In this document: positions 62,602-64,000 of the stretch, one piece after another | Position numbering within the stretch: the first letter of the stretch is position 1 | Layout of the letters: every line of letters begins with the position of its first letter | From: the human T2T-CHM13v2.0 reference genome, Homo sapiens | Length of the DNA stretch: 64,000 nucleotides | Assembly (NCBI RefSeq): GCF_009914755.1 | Contig: NC_060941.1 | Direction: 5' to 3' (one strand) | Notes under the pieces: model-generated | What the model saw: only the letters and a program-made list of their open reading frames with translations | The model's database searches: none | Told to the model about the DNA's origin: nothing | Program-made: the position numbers and the translations under genes

Positions 62602-63759
62602 GGGGGCAGGGTTGGGGGAAGGAGTCCGAGAGCCTGAGGCCTGAGAACAAGACGGGAAGACATTGCTGGACATTTATTTTATGACGTGCCTCATCAGCAG
62701 AACAAAGAAGGGCATGGACTTATGTTTAAAAACTGTCCAGAAGTGACCAAAGAAATTCACCAGTGATGCAGATGAGCTCCTAATAATCATGCCATCGGAG
62801 CAGGCTGTGATAGCCTGGAAATCCTGCCTGAAACCAAACTGCAACATTTCCAACTAAGAAATCAAGCGGTGATAAACCTCAGTATCTGAAAGGGTTAAAT
62901 ATTGTGCCCACGTGACTACTGTTCTTTCTTTCTGTGAATTAATGTGTGTGCCAGAAAATATTTGTGAATAAAAAACAATTACATAATCTCATTGTCATGA
63001 ATGTGGTTATTTATCTCTGAGCGTTAAGACTGATTGTTCCCCCCACTGAACATCTTAGTGTAAATATCAGAGAAAAAATATACTACCCACCGTAATAATA
63101 TAAAACATCTAATTAGCTTAAATTGTTCTGAATAGGAAATTGTATAATTTAGAAATAATAAATTGGTTATAAAAAGCCAATCATTTCCCAGTCAGATAAA
63201 ATTCCTGTTATTCACAGAACAAATTTTTCTAATTTGTTGCACTGGGCAACAAATTAGATCAAAATTTTAAAATAGTTACTATAATAAACAAGATCAATAA
63301 AAATCTTTCCTTAAGTTTTCTTGATGAAAATATTCTCAAGCCATTTAAAAACAATTCAAAACTCAGAAAATTATGCATCCTGCAATGCTTACAATTCCTC
63401 TGGCAGTAAAATTAAAAACAAACAAAGAAGAGTAAGTAATTCAAATAAATTTGGAAATAGTTCATACTTGTAAAGAAGCAACATAACGTGACATTTCTTT
63501 TGATTTATTCAATAGCCTATTAGATAATGTATGCTATTTGTCCAAAAATGTTTTAGTTACGGGGTAAAAATTTAAATTCTTAGTTCTTCATTTGGTTATT
63601 TAGACATACAAAATAAAATAGATGATTTAAAAAGTCAAAATGACTCGTTAATAACTTACTGCTTTTAATGGTTTCTACCTAAACGTCTGGCATGCCTATT
63701 TATAGTCTTATGTTATATTTCTATATGCAAAATAACCACAATTTTAGAGGTTAACTTAC

Positions 63760-63870
63760 TCTCAGGAAAGCTGGAGGAAAAATCTAGAAACACAGTTCAT
63801 CCATGGGTCTCTGCATGTTCTGGAGGAGAATTCACATTCCTTTTGGGTCACTACTACATCATGCTTTTAA
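63760..63870 (-). other. ABCA9: Putative non-coding exon 1 (5' UTR)
   Basis: Strong donor AGA|GTAAGT at 63760/63759. A TATAAAA lies upstream at 63897-63903. The 5' boundary is uncertain. Confidence 0.7.
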
Positions 63871-63896
63871 TTTCACATTCATTGTGAATAGTTCTG

Positions 63897-63968
63897 TTTT
63901 ATACAAATTTCCCAGGAGAATTTGGTCTCAGTTCAGCTAGCCTGCCAAAATATCTTCTGCTCACGTGG
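63897..63968 (-). promoter_or_regulatory. Candidate ABCA9 core promoter: TATAAAA (63897-63903) and CACGTG E-box (63962-63967)
   Basis: Motifs are seen directly upstream of the putative exon 1. No CpG island is present. Function is inferred. Confidence 0.45.
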
Positions 63969-64000
63969 TGATTTCTTTGCTGTTTTCCATTTCTTTGTTT

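Overview
Human (or great-ape) genomic DNA, not microbial. The window holds the 5' ~70% of ABCA9, an ABCA6-like lipid ABC transporter of the 17q24 cluster, on the minus strand. It contains a putative non-coding exon 1 (~63760-63870) and 24 coding exons (exons 2-25). All have GT-AG boundaries, and their phases chain into one open frame of 3435 nt (1145 codons): TMD1/ECD1, complete NBD1, and most of TMD2/ECD2. Exon 26 onward lies left of the window. The introns are repeat-rich. They carry a full-length L1PA2/L1PA3-type LINE-1 in intron 25 (2034-8059, same orientation as ABCA9; intact ORF1, broken ORF2, open antisense ORF0), a 5'-truncated L1PA8-like copy in the opposite orientation, old L1M fragments, about 13 Alu-family elements, MaLR/ERV1 LTRs, DNA transposon fossils and microsatellites. 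I see no wholly new gene system. The best lead is a transposon-driven antisense unit: the L1 antisense promoter and ORF0 point into ABCA9, and candidate plus-strand exons lie downstream. Other leads are a His-to-Gln H-loop in NBD1, uORFs in exon 1, a three-level transposon nest, and several hairpins that look like template-switch products. Gene and repeat names come from recalled consensus sequences; no database search was run.
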